Source of the DNA: Thermoanaerobaculia bacterium
GTDB lineage: Bacteria; Acidobacteriota; Thermoanaerobaculia; Multivoradales; Multivoraceae
Direction: 5' to 3'
Assembly (NCBI GenBank): GCA_965214805.1
Contig: OZ243982.1
Location: forward strand, 1,237,116-1,301,115
Length of the DNA stretch: 64,000 nucleotides
Every line of letters begins with the position of its first letter. The stretch's first letter is position 1. The translations under genes were made by a program, and so were the position numbers. This document shows positions 9,095 to 19,669 of the stretch, one piece after another. The notes beneath the pieces are model-generated. The model made no database searches and had not been told where the DNA came from. It was given only the letters and a program-made list of their open reading frames with translations.

Positions 9095-9457
9095 CTACGA
9101 GGCCGTGGCGGCGGAACTCTCGCCCTTCGCGGAGGAGGCAGAAGCGCCCGCTTTCCTGCCCGAGTCCGAGGACGACTCCTTCGGCGTGGACTTGCCGTTG
9201 CTTCCCGAGCCGTCGCCAGTCGCCGCGGCGCCGCCGGACCCGGATTCCCCGGATTCCCCGGCCGCACTCCTGTCCTTGCGGGCGTAGTCGCTCACGTACC
9301 AGCCGCTGCCCTTGAACTGGAACGCGGGCGCGGAGAGCAGCTTCTTCAGGCTGCTCCGGCCGCATTCCGGACACTCCTCCAGGGGCGGCGAGGCGAACGC
9401 CTGTATCGCCTCCAGCGTGGTCTCGCATTCCGCGCAACGGTACTCGTAGAGAGGCAT
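9095..9457 (-). CDS. FmdB-family zinc-ribbon protein (putative regulatory protein) with a Ser/Gly-rich tail
   Basis: MPLYEYRCAECETTLEAIQ...ECPECGRSSLKKLLSAPAFQFKGSGWY is the canonical CxxC...CxxC FmdB zinc ribbon, followed by a low-complexity S/G/A tail. Confidence 0.85.
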   Translation of the reverse strand: MPLYEYRCAECETTLEAIQAFASPPLEECPECGRSSLKKLLSAPAFQFKGSGWYVSDYARKDRSAAGESGESGSGGAAATGDGSGSNGKSTPKESSSDSGRKAGASASSAKGESSAATAS

Positions 9458-9665
9458 GACGGCGGCGGATCATAGCAGGAGGCTGCAGTCTCGGTCCTGT
9501 CCGGTCTTGTCCCATGACAGATGAGCCTGAAGAAGCGCGGTCAATTCCACGAGAGACGCGCCTGAGCGAGCGTCAGGGATCCCCGAAGGATGGGTTCGCC
9601 GCCGCGGAAGAGCACGCGGCGGCGGTGTTCCCGGTTCCGGCTCGCAAGGACCGCCGGGACCCGCC

Positions 9666-11717
9666 TCACCTGTTCTGGCTGTCCAGCAGCAGCCGCGCGC
9701 GTGCCGCGATCGCCTCCGCGCTCAATCCCAGGTTCTCGACCAGGTCGCTGTACGGGGCGGAGGCGCCGAAACGGTCAAGACCGAGCACGTCGCCGTCGGA
9801 CCCGGTCCAGCGCTCCCAGCCCAGAGTCGCCGCGGCCTCGACGGCCAGCCGGCAGCGGACGCCCGGCGGCAGGACCTCGTCGCGGTAGGACTGCGGCTGG
9901 GCGGCGAAGGCTTCCCATGAAGGCATGCTGACGACGCGGACGCCGCGACCTTCGGCCGTGAGCTCGGCGGCCGCGCGGAGCGCAGGAGCGACCTCGGAGC
10001 CGGTGGCGATCACGATCAGGTCAGGCTCGGCGACACTGTCGGCCACGACGTAGGCCCCGCGCGCAACGCCCTCCAGAGCAGTGTCGACGGACGCTTCGAG
10101 CACGGGCAGCTTCTGACGGGTCAGGACCAGCGCACAGGGGCCCTGCGTCTCGAGCGCGAGAGCCCAGGCGGCGGCTGTCTCGTTGGCGTCGGCCGGGCGG
10201 ACGACGACCAGCCCCGGCACTGCGCGCAGGTGCGCAAGGTGCTCGATCGGCTGGTGGGTCGGCCCGTCCTCGCCCAGGAAGACGGAGTCGTGGGTGAAGA
10301 CGTAGATCGTCCGCAGCTCCATCAGCGCGGCCAGCCGCAGGCTCGGCTTCAGGTAGTCGAGAAAGCACAGGAAGGTGCCGCCGTAGGGTCGAAACAGGCC
10401 GGACAGGGCCAGGCCGTTCATCGCGGCGGCCATCGCGTGCTCACGCACGCCGAAGCGGAAGTGGCGTCTCGGGGCGCCGGCGGCGTAATCGCCTTCGCCT
10501 TCAAGCAGCGTGTTGTTCGAGCCGGTGAGGTCCGCTGAGCCGCCGGCGAGTTCGGGCATCAGGTCGTTCAGCGCGTTCAGGGTGACGCCGGAGGCGGAGC
10601 GGGTGGCGATCGGGCCGGAGGCGGGATCGAAGCGGGGCAGGGCGTCTCGCCAGCCGTCGGGCGGCGCCGCGGCCAGGCGGCGGTCGAGTTCAGCCGCCTT
10701 CTCGGGATACTCGCGGCGGTAGTCATCGAGCAGCCGGCGCCACGCGGCCGCGGCGTTCCGGCCGAAGTCGGCCGCCGGAGCGAACGCTTCGCGGGCCGCG
10801 TCAGGCACCCGGAACTCGGGATCGAGAGGCCAGCCCAGAGCCTTCTTGGTGGCGACCGTTTCGTCCGCGCCCAGAGGTGCGCCGTGGGAAGCCGCGCTGT
10901 CCTGCTTGTTCGGGCTGCCAAAACCGATGTGCGTGGCGACCTTGATCAAGGTCGGACGATCGGTCTCGGCCAGCGCACTCTCGTACGCTGCCGCAAGAGC
11001 CTCGACGTCGTTGCCGTCGTCCACCGACAGCGTGTGCCAGCCGTAGGCCTCGTAGCGGCCGAGCACGTCCTCGGTGAAGCAGAGGTCGGTCGAACCGTCG
11101 ATCGTGATCCGGTTCGCGTCGTAGAGGACGTTCAGCTTGCCGAGTCCGAGGTGGCCCGCCAGGGAGCAGGCCTCCGAGGCGACGCCCTCCATCAGGTCGC
11201 CGTCGCTGGCCAGCACCCAGGTCCGGTGGTCGAACAGGGTGAAGCCGGGCCGGTTGAAGCGGGCTGCGAGAAGTTGCTCGGAGATCGCGATGCCTACGGC
11301 TGCCGCGATGCCCTGGCCCAGCGGACCCGTAGTCACTTCGACGCCCGGAGTCAGCCCGTGCTCGGGGTGACCGGGAGTGAGCGAGCCGTACTGCCGGAAG
11401 TTCCGGATCTCGTCGAGGCCGAGGTCGTAACCGGCGAGATGAAGGAGACCGTAGATCAACGCCGAGGCGTGGCCGCAGGAGAGTACGAAGCGGTCCCGGT
11501 TCGGCCACCGGGGAGCCTGGGGCGCGAAGCGCAGGTACCGGGTCCACAGCAGGGCCGCCATCGGCGCCTGACCCATCGGCGCCCCAGGATGCCCGCTGTT
11601 CGCCCGTTCGACCATGTCGACGGCGAGGAAGCGCAGCGTGTCCGTCGCCGCGTCCAGCGGCTGTCGCTGCGGAGGCGGTCCGGCGTCGGACGTGCCGGAG
11701 GCCTCGGCCTCGTTCAT
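9666..11717 (-). CDS. tkt: Transketolase
   Basis: 683 aa; thiamine-diphosphate-binding N-terminus ([22 protein letters not shown]), pyrimidine-binding and C-terminal domains present. Confidence 0.95.
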   Translation of the reverse strand: MNEAEASGTSDAGPPPQRQPLDAATDTLRFLAVDMVERANSGHPGAPMGQAPMAALLWTRYLRFAPQAPRWPNRDRFVLSCGHASALIYGLLHLAGYDLGLDEIRNFRQYGSLTPGHPEHGLTPGVEVTTGPLGQGIAAAVGIAISEQLLAARFNRPGFTLFDHRTWVLASDGDLMEGVASEACSLAGHLGLGKLNVLYDANRITIDGSTDLCFTEDVLGRYEAYGWHTLSVDDGNDVEALAAAYESALAETDRPTLIKVATHIGFGSPNKQDSAASHGAPLGADETVATKKALGWPLDPEFRVPDAAREAFAPAADFGRNAAAAWRRLLDDYRREYPEKAAELDRRLAAAPPDGWRDALPRFDPASGPIATRSASGVTLNALNDLMPELAGGSADLTGSNNTLLEGEGDYAAGAPRRHFRFGVREHAMAAAMNGLALSGLFRPYGGTFLCFLDYLKPSLRLAALMELRTIYVFTHDSVFLGEDGPTHQPIEHLAHLRAVPGLVVVRPADANETAAAWALALETQGPCALVLTRQKLPVLEASVDTALEGVARGAYVVADSVAEPDLIVIATGSEVAPALRAAAELTAEGRGVRVVSMPSWEAFAAQPQSYRDEVLPPGVRCRLAVEAAATLGWERWTGSDGDVLGLDRFGASAPYSDLVENLGLSAEAIAARARLLLDSQNR

Positions 11718-12247
11718 CAGGGCCTCGAATCGAGGTAGCGGTCGACAGCGCCCTCGAGCGCCCGGTTGCCCAGGCCGTTCGCGCGGGCGCGCGCCCGTCC
11801 TTCCTCCCGGTCCACACCCCTGGCGGCGACCAGGTAGGCGTAGTACATGGCGCCGACCCGGTTGCCGGAAGCGCAGTGAACGAGCACCGGACCGTCGGCC
11901 TTCTTCATCGCTTCGATGAAGCGCTCGAAGGTGTCGGGCTGCTCCAGCCGGTCGCCGTCCACCGGCAGATTCAGGTAGGGCACGCCCAGGCGCCGGAGCG
12001 CCGCCGGCTCGTCGAAGCCGCGGTCCTCGCCCTCGGTGCGCAGATCGAGCACGAAGGACAGGCCGTCACCGGCCATCGCCTCGAGCTGGCCTTCGGTGGG
12101 CTGGCCGCCGAACACGAGGTTCGGCTCCGGGAACTTCGCGTTGCGCAGACCGTGGTCCTTCTCCTCGGCGCCGGCGACCGATGCTGCCAGGACCGCGGCC
12201 GCGGCCGACACCAGGATTGCATTCAGGAATCGTCTCGTCCTTCTCAT
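11717..12247 (-). CDS. DUF442/TIGR01244-type Cys-based phosphatase-like protein (CX5R motif) with a predicted signal peptide
   Basis: [20 protein letters not shown] carries the HCxxGxR P-loop; overall similar to the Blh N-terminal domain, a sulfur-metabolism-associated phosphatase/rhodanese-like fold; N-terminal [28 protein letters not shown] looks like a Sec/Tat signal; stop overlaps the tkt start. Confidence 0.7.
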   Translation of the reverse strand: MRRTRRFLNAILVSAAAAVLAASVAGAEEKDHGLRNAKFPEPNLVFGGQPTEGQLEAMAGDGLSFVLDLRTEGEDRGFDEPAALRRLGVPYLNLPVDGDRLEQPDTFERFIEAMKKADGPVLVHCASGNRVGAMYYAYLVAARGVDREEGRARARANGLGNRALEGAVDRYLDSRP

Positions 12248-12259
12248 CAGACTTTCTCC

Positions 12260-12613
12260 TCAGAAGAAACCCAGTTCGAGCCTGGCTGCTTCGCTCATCA
12301 TCGCCGGATTCCAGGTGGGATCCCAGACCACCTCGACCTCGGCTCCGCCGACACCCTCGACGCCGCGCACCTTCCGCTCGACATCGCCCGGCAGGGACTC
12401 CGCGACCGGGCAGTGCGGCGAGGTCAGGGTCATCTGCAGCTTGACGTGCGCGTTCTCATCGATCCGTACGTCGTAGATCAGGCCGAGTTCGTAGACGTCG
12501 ACCGGGATCTCCGGGTCGTAGACGGTCTTCAGCGCTTCGACGATCCGGGCCTCGAGATCCGTCGTGTCCCCTGGGCCAATGTCCAGAGCACCCCTGGCCG
12601 CCTCTTCGTCCAT
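12260..12613 (-). CDS. sufT: Fe-S cluster assembly protein SufT (DUF59/MIP18 family)
   Basis: 117 aa with the DUF59 core VYDPEIPVDVYELGLIYDV...TLTSPHCPVAESL. Confidence 0.85.
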   Translation of the reverse strand: MDEEAARGALDIGPGDTTDLEARIVEALKTVYDPEIPVDVYELGLIYDVRIDENAHVKLQMTLTSPHCPVAESLPGDVERKVRGVEGVGGAEVEVVWDPTWNPAMMSEAARLELGFF

Positions 12614-12658
12614 CGTCCACTTCTCCCGTTGCGGATGTCCGAGCTGTCGCAGCGGAGC

Positions 12659-13111
12659 CTACTCGGTGGATACCGCCTCCGCGTCGCCGCCTTCGAGTGC
12701 GGCACGGAGAGCATGCCACGCCAGGGTCGCGCACTTGATGCGAACCGGAAAGTCCCTGACGCCGCTCAGGACCTCGAGCTTGCCGAGCGGCACGCCGTTG
12801 CTTCCGTCGTTGTCCCCGGTCATCAGAGCCAGGAAGGCCGCCATCAGCGCTTCGGCCTCGGAGCGCTCGAGTCCCCGTACGGCCTCCGTCATCAGCGATG
12901 CCGAGGCGGTCGAGATCGCGCAGCCTACGCCCTCGAAGCTCACGCGATCGATCCTGGCGCCGGCAGCGCGAAGGTAGACCTTGATCCTGTCGCCGCAGAG
13001 CGGGTTGTGGCCCTCGATACAGACCGACGCCGGCTCCAGCGCACCGAAGTTCCGGGGCGAGCGGTAGTGGTCGAGGATGACCTGCTGGTAGAGATCGCGG
13101 AGGTCCGACAT
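12659..13111 (-). CDS. sufU: SUF Fe-S scaffold / sulfur acceptor SufU (NifU-like)
   Basis: 150 aa; conserved GHNPLCGDRIKVYL and GVGCAISTASASL Cys ligands, C-terminal CATLAW. Confidence 0.9.
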   Translation of the reverse strand: MSDLRDLYQQVILDHYRSPRNFGALEPASVCIEGHNPLCGDRIKVYLRAAGARIDRVSFEGVGCAISTASASLMTEAVRGLERSEAEALMAAFLALMTGDNDGSNGVPLGKLEVLSGVRDFPVRIKCATLAWHALRAALEGGDAEAVSTE

Positions 13112-13130
13112 GGCGACTGAAAGCCCGAGC

Positions 13131-14450
13131 CTACGTCCCGAAGCCGAAGATCCGGCGCACTTCGTGCAGACCGGAGGTCAGTCGGTCGACTTCTTCGACG
13201 GTGTTGTACATCCCGAACGAGGCCCGTACGGTGGCCGGTACACCGAGGCGATCCATCAATGGCTGCGCACAGTGGTGGCCCGCCCGGATCGCGATTCCCT
13301 GCTCGTCGAGGATGGTTGCCACATCGTGGGGGTGAGCGCCGTCGATCATGAACGACACGACGGCCGCCCTCACCGAACCGGCGCCGGACGCCTGATGCCC
13401 CAGCACCCGAACCCAGGGAAGATCGTCCAGTTGTTCCAGAGTGCGGGAAAGAAGCTGCTGCTCATGCAGCTCGATCCGCTCCAGGCCGACCGACTCCAGG
13501 AAATCGACCGCGGCGCCGAGCCCGATCGCCGGCGCAATGCTGGGCGTTCCGGCTTCGAAACGGTGAGGCGGCACGGTGTACTCCGAGCGTTCGAAAGTGA
13601 CCCGGGTGATCATCGCGCCGCCGCCCTGGAATGGCGGCATCGAGGCCAGCAACCCGGCGCGGCCCCACAGCCCGCCGATACCGCCGGGGCCGTACATCTT
13701 GTGGCCGGAGAAGGCGTAGAAGTCGCAGCCGAGCGCGGACACGTCAACCTCCATGTGTGGCACGGCCTGGGCGCCGTCGACGACGACGACGGCATCCGAG
13801 CGGTCCCGAACCAGCGCGACCACGGCGGCCACGTCGTTCACGGCGCCCAGAGCGTTCGAGACGTGGGCAAGCGCTACCACTCTGGTGCGTTCGCCGATCA
13901 TCTCGGCCATCGCGTCCAGGTCGAGGTCGCCGTCGTCGGTGATCGGCGCCGCCCGCACGCGGGCGCCGGTCTGCTCGCAGACGAGCTGCCACGGGACAAT
14001 GTTCGAGTGGTGCTCCATCTCGGTCAGCAGCACTTCGTCGCCGGGCCGGAGCTGCGTGCGGCCATGGCTCTGAGCGACCAGGTTCAGGCTCTCGGTGGCG
14101 CCGCGGGTGAAAACCAGCTCGGCGCTGCTGGCGGCGCCGATGAAGCGGGCGATCTTGCCGCGGGCCGTCTCGTAGGCGTCGGTCGACTGCTCGGACAGCG
14201 CGTGGACGCCGCGGTGAGCGTTCGCGTAATACGTGCGGTAGCAGTCGCTGACCGCGCTGATGACCGCCTCCGGGCGCTGGGCGCTGGCCGCGTTGTCCAG
14301 ATACACCAACCGGTGGCCGTGAACTTCCCGGTCGAGGATGGGGAACGAGTTGCGCAGACGGTCGACGTCGAGGGGCCTGACGTGGGGCACGGCGGAGCGC
14401 ACGACCGCCGCCGGCCGTTGCCGCTCAGCCATGGGCGCCGGAGCCGTCAT
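13131..14450 (-). CDS. sufS: Cysteine desulfurase SufS (PLP-dependent, class V)
   Basis: 439 aa; PLP-lysine region FYAFSGHKMYGPGGIGGLWG and the RAGHHCAQP active-site Cys loop. Confidence 0.95.
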   Translation of the reverse strand: MTAPAPMAERQRPAAVVRSAVPHVRPLDVDRLRNSFPILDREVHGHRLVYLDNAASAQRPEAVISAVSDCYRTYYANAHRGVHALSEQSTDAYETARGKIARFIGAASSAELVFTRGATESLNLVAQSHGRTQLRPGDEVLLTEMEHHSNIVPWQLVCEQTGARVRAAPITDDGDLDLDAMAEMIGERTRVVALAHVSNALGAVNDVAAVVALVRDRSDAVVVVDGAQAVPHMEVDVSALGCDFYAFSGHKMYGPGGIGGLWGRAGLLASMPPFQGGGAMITRVTFERSEYTVPPHRFEAGTPSIAPAIGLGAAVDFLESVGLERIELHEQQLLSRTLEQLDDLPWVRVLGHQASGAGSVRAAVVSFMIDGAHPHDVATILDEQGIAIRAGHHCAQPLMDRLGVPATVRASFGMYNTVEEVDRLTSGLHEVRRIFGFGT

Positions 14451-14454
14451 CGGC

Positions 14455-15822
14455 CTACCGGCTCCCGCCGGCCGGACCGCCGTTCAGGCTCGCTCGCAAC
14501 CGGCCTTCGAGGTCCTGCCTGAGGGGCTCGAAGGACGCCTTGTCGACCAGCTCGCGGGCAAACGCGTAGACGAGCATTCCGTGGGCTTCCTCGCGGGGAA
14601 GGCCGCGGGCCCTCAGGTAGAAGAGCGCGTCCTTGTCCAGCCGGCCGATCGTCGAACCGTGGGTGCAGCGCACGTCGTCGGCGAAGATCTCGAGCTGGGG
14701 GTTGCTGTTGGCGAGGGCCGACCTGGACAGCAGCAGGTTGCGGTTCGTCTGCTTGGCGTCCGTCTTCTGCGCCGCCTGATGCACATGGATGCGGCCGTTG
14801 AAGACGGAACGCGCCCGGTCGTCGAGGATCCCCTTGTAGAGCTGGTGGCTCGTCGTATGCGGCTGCCGGTGCTCGACGCGCATGTGGTTGTCCACGAACC
14901 GGGAACCGGCCACCACGTAGAGGCCGTCCAGGGTGCAGTCCGCCCCCTCGCCGTCAAGTAGCGCCACCGTGTCGTTGCGTACCAGGCCGCCCCCGAACGC
15001 CAGGGACAAGGAGTCGAAGACGGCCGATCGGTCGAGTTGCGCGTGTTGAAAACCAAGATGAATCGCGTCCCTGCCATCGGCCTGGAGCCGGGTGTGCCGG
15101 AGCACGGACCCTGGCCCGCAGACGAACTCGGCGGCGGGGCAGACGAAGTAACCCGAAGCATCCGGATCGGCCGCATAGGTTTCGACGATCGAAGCCTGGC
15201 TGTTCTCGCCGGCCACCACCAGCAGACGCGGAAAGCTGACCTCGCGCGGGGCGGGCGCACCGTCGCCGGCATTCCCGGGGCTCGACGCCGGCAAGCTCAG
15301 CCAGAGCACCTGAATCGGTCTGTCGATCACCGCCCCTTCCGGAATCACGATCGCCGCCCCGTCTTCGAACAGGGCGGTGTTGAGGGCCGCGAACGCATGC
15401 ACGCCGGCGTCCACGCTGCACGACGCGAGGCCGCAGACGGTCGCACCGAGATGTTCCACGATCGCGTCCGCGCTGTCGCCGGCAGCGGGCAGATCTGCCA
15501 GAGCCACCGCCCCAACCCGCTCCGGAGGCGAGGAGGCCTCCGGCACGCTGCGCCCGTTGACGAACACCATGCGGTGGCAGTCGGGATAGAGGAATGGCGC
15601 AGCTTCGTCCCGCAGCGCCTGCCGTGGGGCCCTCACCGGCGTCGTACGCAGCAGCGGGCCGAGGTTCGTCTGCCGCCACTCCTCGTTGCGGGAGGTCGGG
15701 AAGCCCGCGGCCTCGAAACGCTCGATCGCCTGTTGACGCCGAGCGCGCAGGAACCCGGCCTCCCCGGCGCGGCGGGAGTAGAAGTCCAGGAAGGGACGGG
15801 TGGAGTGACCGGCGGCGGTCAC
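14455..15822 (-). CDS. sufD: Fe-S cluster assembly protein SufD
   Basis: 455 aa SufB/SufD-fold protein lying between sufC and sufS; the C-terminal half aligns to the SufBD beta-helix. Confidence 0.9.
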   Translation of the reverse strand: MTAAGHSTRPFLDFYSRRAGEAGFLRARRQQAIERFEAAGFPTSRNEEWRQTNLGPLLRTTPVRAPRQALRDEAAPFLYPDCHRMVFVNGRSVPEASSPPERVGAVALADLPAAGDSADAIVEHLGATVCGLASCSVDAGVHAFAALNTALFEDGAAIVIPEGAVIDRPIQVLWLSLPASSPGNAGDGAPAPREVSFPRLLVVAGENSQASIVETYAADPDASGYFVCPAAEFVCGPGSVLRHTRLQADGRDAIHLGFQHAQLDRSAVFDSLSLAFGGGLVRNDTVALLDGEGADCTLDGLYVVAGSRFVDNHMRVEHRQPHTTSHQLYKGILDDRARSVFNGRIHVHQAAQKTDAKQTNRNLLLSRSALANSNPQLEIFADDVRCTHGSTIGRLDKDALFYLRARGLPREEAHGMLVYAFARELVDKASFEPLRQDLEGRLRASLNGGPAGGSR

Positions 15823-16583
15823 CCGATCCGATCCCTTCCGACGCCGTCGGTCAGACCGGAGTAGCCCTTCTCCTCGAGCTCGTGAGCGAGGCCGCTGCCG
15901 CCCGAGCGGACGATTCGCCCCTCGAGGAGAACATGGACGTGGTCCGGCACGATGTAGTTGAGAAGCCGCTGGTAGTGGGTGATCACCACGAAGGCCCGGT
16001 CCTCGCTTCGGAGCGCGTTGACTCCGGCAGCCACTGTCTTCAGGGCGTCGATGTCGAGCCCGGAATCCGTCTCGTCGAGCACCGCCAGCCGCGGCTCGAG
16101 CACCGCCATCTGGAGGATCTCGTTCCGCTTCTTCTCGCCGCCCGAGAAGCCCTCGTTGACGTGACGCCGCAGCAACGCCTCGTCCACGTCGACCAGCTTC
16201 GCGCGCTCGCGCAGCAACTTCAGAAAGTCCATCGCGTCGAGTTCCTGCTCCCCTCTCGCCTTGCGAATCGCGTTGAGCGCCGCCTTGAGGAAGTAGCTGT
16301 TACCGACGCCCGGGATCTCTACCGGGTACTGGAACGCCAGGAAGAGACCGGCGTGGGCTCGCTCTTCCGGGGCCATCTCCTGCAGGTCGCCGCCATCGAG
16401 TTCCAACGAACCCGTCGTGACCTCGTAGTCCTCGCGCCCCGCGAGCACCTGGGCCAACGTGCTCTTGCCGGAGCCGTTCGGACCCATCACGGCGTGGACT
16501 TCGCCGGCCCTGACTTCGAGGTCGACGCCGCGCAGGATTTCCTGTTCTCCGACCCTCGCGTGAAGGTCTCTCACACTCAGCAT
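15819..16583 (-). CDS. sufC: Fe-S cluster assembly ATPase SufC
   Basis: 254 aa from ATG at 16583 (MLSVRDLHARVGEQEILRGVDLEV...); Walker A GPNGSGKST, signature FSGGEKKR, Walker B LAVLDETDSGLD. The 532 aa track ORF is this gene plus a shadow N-terminal extension into sufB. Confidence 0.95.
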   Translation of the reverse strand: MLSVRDLHARVGEQEILRGVDLEVRAGEVHAVMGPNGSGKSTLAQVLAGREDYEVTTGSLELDGGDLQEMAPEERAHAGLFLAFQYPVEIPGVGNSYFLKAALNAIRKARGEQELDAMDFLKLLRERAKLVDVDEALLRRHVNEGFSGGEKKRNEILQMAVLEPRLAVLDETDSGLDIDALKTVAAGVNALRSEDRAFVVITHYQRLLNYIVPDHVHVLLEGRIVRSGGSGLAHELEEKGYSGLTDGVGRDRIG

Positions 16584-16684
16584 GTCCGGTTGTCTCCGGT
16601 TATCTCCGTGCGGCGCCTGAGCAGCCGCCAGCGGCTCCGCCAGCAACAGGCGCCCCCTTCGCGGGGGTCTGGCAGCCCGGGCTG

Positions 16685-18133
16685 CTAGCCGACGCTGCCC
16701 TCGAGACTGACCTCGAGCAGCTTCTGCGCCTCCACCGCGAACTCCATCGGCAGTTCGCGGAACACTTCCTTGCAGAACCCGTTGACGATCATGGAAACGG
16801 CATCCTCGGTCTCGATGCCCCGTTGATTGCAGTAGAAAATCTGGTCTTCGCCGATCTTCGAAGTCGACGCTTCGTGCTCCATCTGGGCGCTCGGATTGGC
16901 GACGTCGATGTAGGGGAAGGTATGCGCGCCGCAACGGTCCCCGATCAGCATCGAGTCGCACTGCGAGAAGTTCCTGGCGTCCTCCGCCGAACGCAGAATC
17001 CGCACCGCGCCGCGGTACGTGTTCTGGCCCTCGCCCGCCGAGATCCCCTTGGAGACGATCGTGCTGGACGTGCGCTTGCCGACGTGGATCATCTTGGTCC
17101 CGGTGTCGGCCTGCTGCCGGTTGTTGGACACCGCCACCGAGTAGAACTCGCCCACCGAGTCGTCGCCCTTCAGGATGCAGCTCGGGTACTTCCATGTCAC
17201 GGCCGAACCCGTCTCGACCTGCGTCCACGAGATCTTGCTGCGCCTGCCTTCGCACAGGCCCCGCTTGGTGACGAAGTTGTAGATGCCGCCCACGCCGTCC
17301 TCGTTGCCCGGATACCAGTTCTGGACAGTGGAGTACTTGATCCGCGCGTCCTCGTGCGCGACCAGTTCGACGACCGCCGCATGCAACTGGTTCTCGTCGC
17401 GCATCGGCGCGGTGCAACCTTCGAGGTAACTGACGTGGCTGCCCTCGTCGGCGATGATCAGCGTGCGCTCGAACTGGCCGGTGTTCATCGCGTTGATGCG
17501 GAAGTAGGTGGACAGCTCCATCGGGCAGCGCACGCCCTTGGGAACGTAGACGAAGGAACCGTCCGAGAACACGGCCGAGTTCAGGGCGGCGAAGAAGTTG
17601 TCCCGCCGCGGCACCACCTTGCCGAGGTACTTGCGCACCAGCTCGGGATGGTCCTGCACGGCCTCGGAGAACGAGCAGAAGATCACCCCGAGTTCCGCCA
17701 GCTTCTCGCGGAACGTGGTCGCCACGGAAACGCTGTCGAACACCGCGTCCACGGCGACGCCTGCCAGCATTTCCTGCTCCTTGAGCGGGATGCCGAGTTT
17801 CTCGTACGTGGCCAGAATCTCGGGATCGATCTCGTCGAGACTCCTGGGCCGATCACCGTCGCTCTTCGGCGCGGCGTAATAGCAGATGGACTGGTAATCG
17901 ATCGGCTCGTAGCGCACGTTCGCCCACTGCGGCTCGACCATCTTCAACCAGCCCCGGTAGGCGCGCAGCCGCCAGTCGAGCAGCCATTGCGGCTCGTTCT
18001 TCTTCGCCGAGATGAACGCGACGATTTCCTCGCTCAGGCCCGGCGGCGCCGTGTCCTGCTCGACGTCGGTGACGAAGCCGTACTCGTACTCGCGCTGCGC
18101 CAGGGCTTCGATGGTGTCCGTCGCGGTGGCCAT
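16685..18133 (-). CDS. sufB: Fe-S cluster assembly protein SufB
   Basis: 482 aa from ATG at 18133 ([20 protein letters not shown]...), preceded by GAGGAG; the track ORF start at 18328 would overlap the Rrf2 gene; the ATG shares its A with the upstream TGA (TGATG). Confidence 0.95.
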   Translation of the reverse strand: MATATDTIEALAQREYEYGFVTDVEQDTAPPGLSEEIVAFISAKKNEPQWLLDWRLRAYRGWLKMVEPQWANVRYEPIDYQSICYYAAPKSDGDRPRSLDEIDPEILATYEKLGIPLKEQEMLAGVAVDAVFDSVSVATTFREKLAELGVIFCSFSEAVQDHPELVRKYLGKVVPRRDNFFAALNSAVFSDGSFVYVPKGVRCPMELSTYFRINAMNTGQFERTLIIADEGSHVSYLEGCTAPMRDENQLHAAVVELVAHEDARIKYSTVQNWYPGNEDGVGGIYNFVTKRGLCEGRRSKISWTQVETGSAVTWKYPSCILKGDDSVGEFYSVAVSNNRQQADTGTKMIHVGKRTSSTIVSKGISAGEGQNTYRGAVRILRSAEDARNFSQCDSMLIGDRCGAHTFPYIDVANPSAQMEHEASTSKIGEDQIFYCNQRGIETEDAVSMIVNGFCKEVFRELPMEFAVEAQKLLEVSLEGSVG

Positions 18134-18594
18134 CAGGAACTGCTCCTCAGCGAAATCAGGGGGGATGCGTCGGCAACGGCGGCCCCGGCCATGAAGCTCG
18201 GTCGGGCCATGTCGGCGATCCTGATGTCCTCGAGCGCTCTCCGCACCGCCTGGTTGATCCGCCGCCAGTTCTCCCTTACGCGGCAGAACGCCTCGTAGGA
18301 ACACTCGAGGTCCGAGTATTCGCTGCACTCGGTCAGCGCGATGGGCCCGTCAAGGGCGACGATCACGTCGGCGACGCTGATCTCGGCAGCCGAGCGCGCC
18401 AGCTCATAGCCTCCCCGCACCCCGCGGTACGAGGTCAGCAACCCGGACTTCGCCAGCAGCTTGAGGATCTTGCTGACCATCGGCGCCGGCAGGTGCGTCT
18501 GCACCGCAAGTTCGGCGGCGGCTGCCTGGCCGGTCTGCGCGAGCTGGGTCACGAGCACGATGCCGTAATCGGCTTGCTTGGTCAGTCGGAACAT
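18133..18594 (-). CDS. Rrf2-family transcriptional regulator (IscR/SufR-like) heading the suf operon
   Basis: 153 aa; w[30 protein letters not shown] and three C-terminal-half Cys (C..C....C) typical of Fe-S-sensing Rrf2 proteins. Confidence 0.85.
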   Translation of the reverse strand: MFRLTKQADYGIVLVTQLAQTGQAAAAELAVQTHLPAPMVSKILKLLAKSGLLTSYRGVRGGYELARSAAEISVADVIVALDGPIALTECSEYSDLECSYEAFCRVRENWRRINQAVRRALEDIRIADMARPSFMAGAAVADASPLISLRSSS

Positions 18595-18922
18595 GACGGC
18601 GTATCGTCCATGCGTCGTGAAGTAGTGCGGCTGGCAGGGCCAGGGCGTCTCTCGTCGAGTCTTCCGACCGAGTCACGGAGTCTGACGCCGGCGAACCGGA
18701 ACCCGCACAGTCCCGATTTCGAGATTAGCACGGGGTGGTCCTGTGTCAATCCGGAACGTGTCGATCAGGAGTCGGGTCACGCCCGTCAGGAGCCTGTGTG
18801 CAGAGGCGTCAGGCAGGAGAAGCTTGTGTCAGGCAGGAGAAGACGGCATTCTCTCGTCTCCTGCTTCCACCGGCCTGAGCCGCTTCCCTAGCCTGAACTC
18901 TCGACCGTTCCAGTCTGTTCCC

Positions 18923-19669
18923 ATGTCCTGGTTCACTCCCGCTGCGCTTGTATGGTGCGCGCTCGCCTTTCCGGTGTTCGCCATCAGCCTCAAAGGAAGG
19001 GACCCGACCGGACGGTTCGGCGGCCGCGCCTGGGGACCCGCCATGGACACGCGGTGGGGCTGGTTCCTCATGGAACTGTCCGCCCTGACCGTGTTCCCGG
19101 CCGTCTATCTCGCGGCCGGCGAGCGTCACGCGGTCGGCGATGTCCTGGTTGCGCTGTGGCTTGCCCACTACGTCCACCGCACACTGGTGTGGCCATGGCT
19201 CGTCCAGCGCCAGGCGAGACCGTTCCCCGCCATCACCGCCGTCGCCGGCTTCTGCTTCAACGTCGTCAACGGCGTGTTCCTGGGCTGGTTCATGGCCCGG
19301 ATCGCCGACTATCCGGGTGACTGGCTCACCGACGCACGGTTCCTGGCGGGCGCCGCCCTGTTCGTCGCCGGCGCCGCCCTGAACATCTCCTCCGATTATC
19401 GCCTGTCGTGGCTGCGGGCGAAAGCGGCAGGAGGCGCCGTAATGCCGCGAGGCGGAGGCTTCGATCTCGTTTCCTGCCCCAACCTGGCCGGGGAGATCGT
19501 CGAGTGGACCGGCTTCGCCCTGATGAGCTGGTCGCTGCCCGGGCTCGCGTTCGCCATGTGGACCGCCGCGAATCTCGTGCCGCGGGCGCTCTGGCGGCAC
19601 CGGTGGTACCGGGAGAGATGCCCCGACTACCCACCAACCCGGAGCGCCTTGATTCCCTGGGTGTTGTGA
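18923..19669 (+). CDS. 3-oxo-5-alpha-steroid 4-dehydrogenase (steroid 5-alpha-reductase / DUF1295) family membrane protein
   Basis: ATG at 18923 (MSWFTPAAL...), multi-pass membrane protein with the C-terminal family signature GGGFDLVSCPNLAGEIVEWTGFALMSW...LVPRALWRHRWYRERCPDYPPTRSALIPWV. Transcribed divergently from the suf regulator. Confidence 0.75.
   Translation: MSWFTPAALVWCALAFPVFAISLKGRDPTGRFGGRAWGPAMDTRWGWFLMELSALTVFPAVYLAAGERHAVGDVLVALWLAHYVHRTLVWPWLVQRQARPFPAITAVAGFCFNVVNGVFLGWFMARIADYPGDWLTDARFLAGAALFVAGAALNISSDYRLSWLRAKAAGGAVMPRGGGFDLVSCPNLAGEIVEWTGFALMSWSLPGLAFAMWTAANLVPRALWRHRWYRERCPDYPPTRSALIPWVL

Noticed and set aside
15819-18328. Track versions of sufC (532 aa) and sufB (547 aa) with long N-terminal extensions
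   Set aside because: The extensions overlap the upstream suf genes in other frames; internal ATG starts with ribosome-binding sites give canonical SufC (254 aa) and SufB (482 aa).
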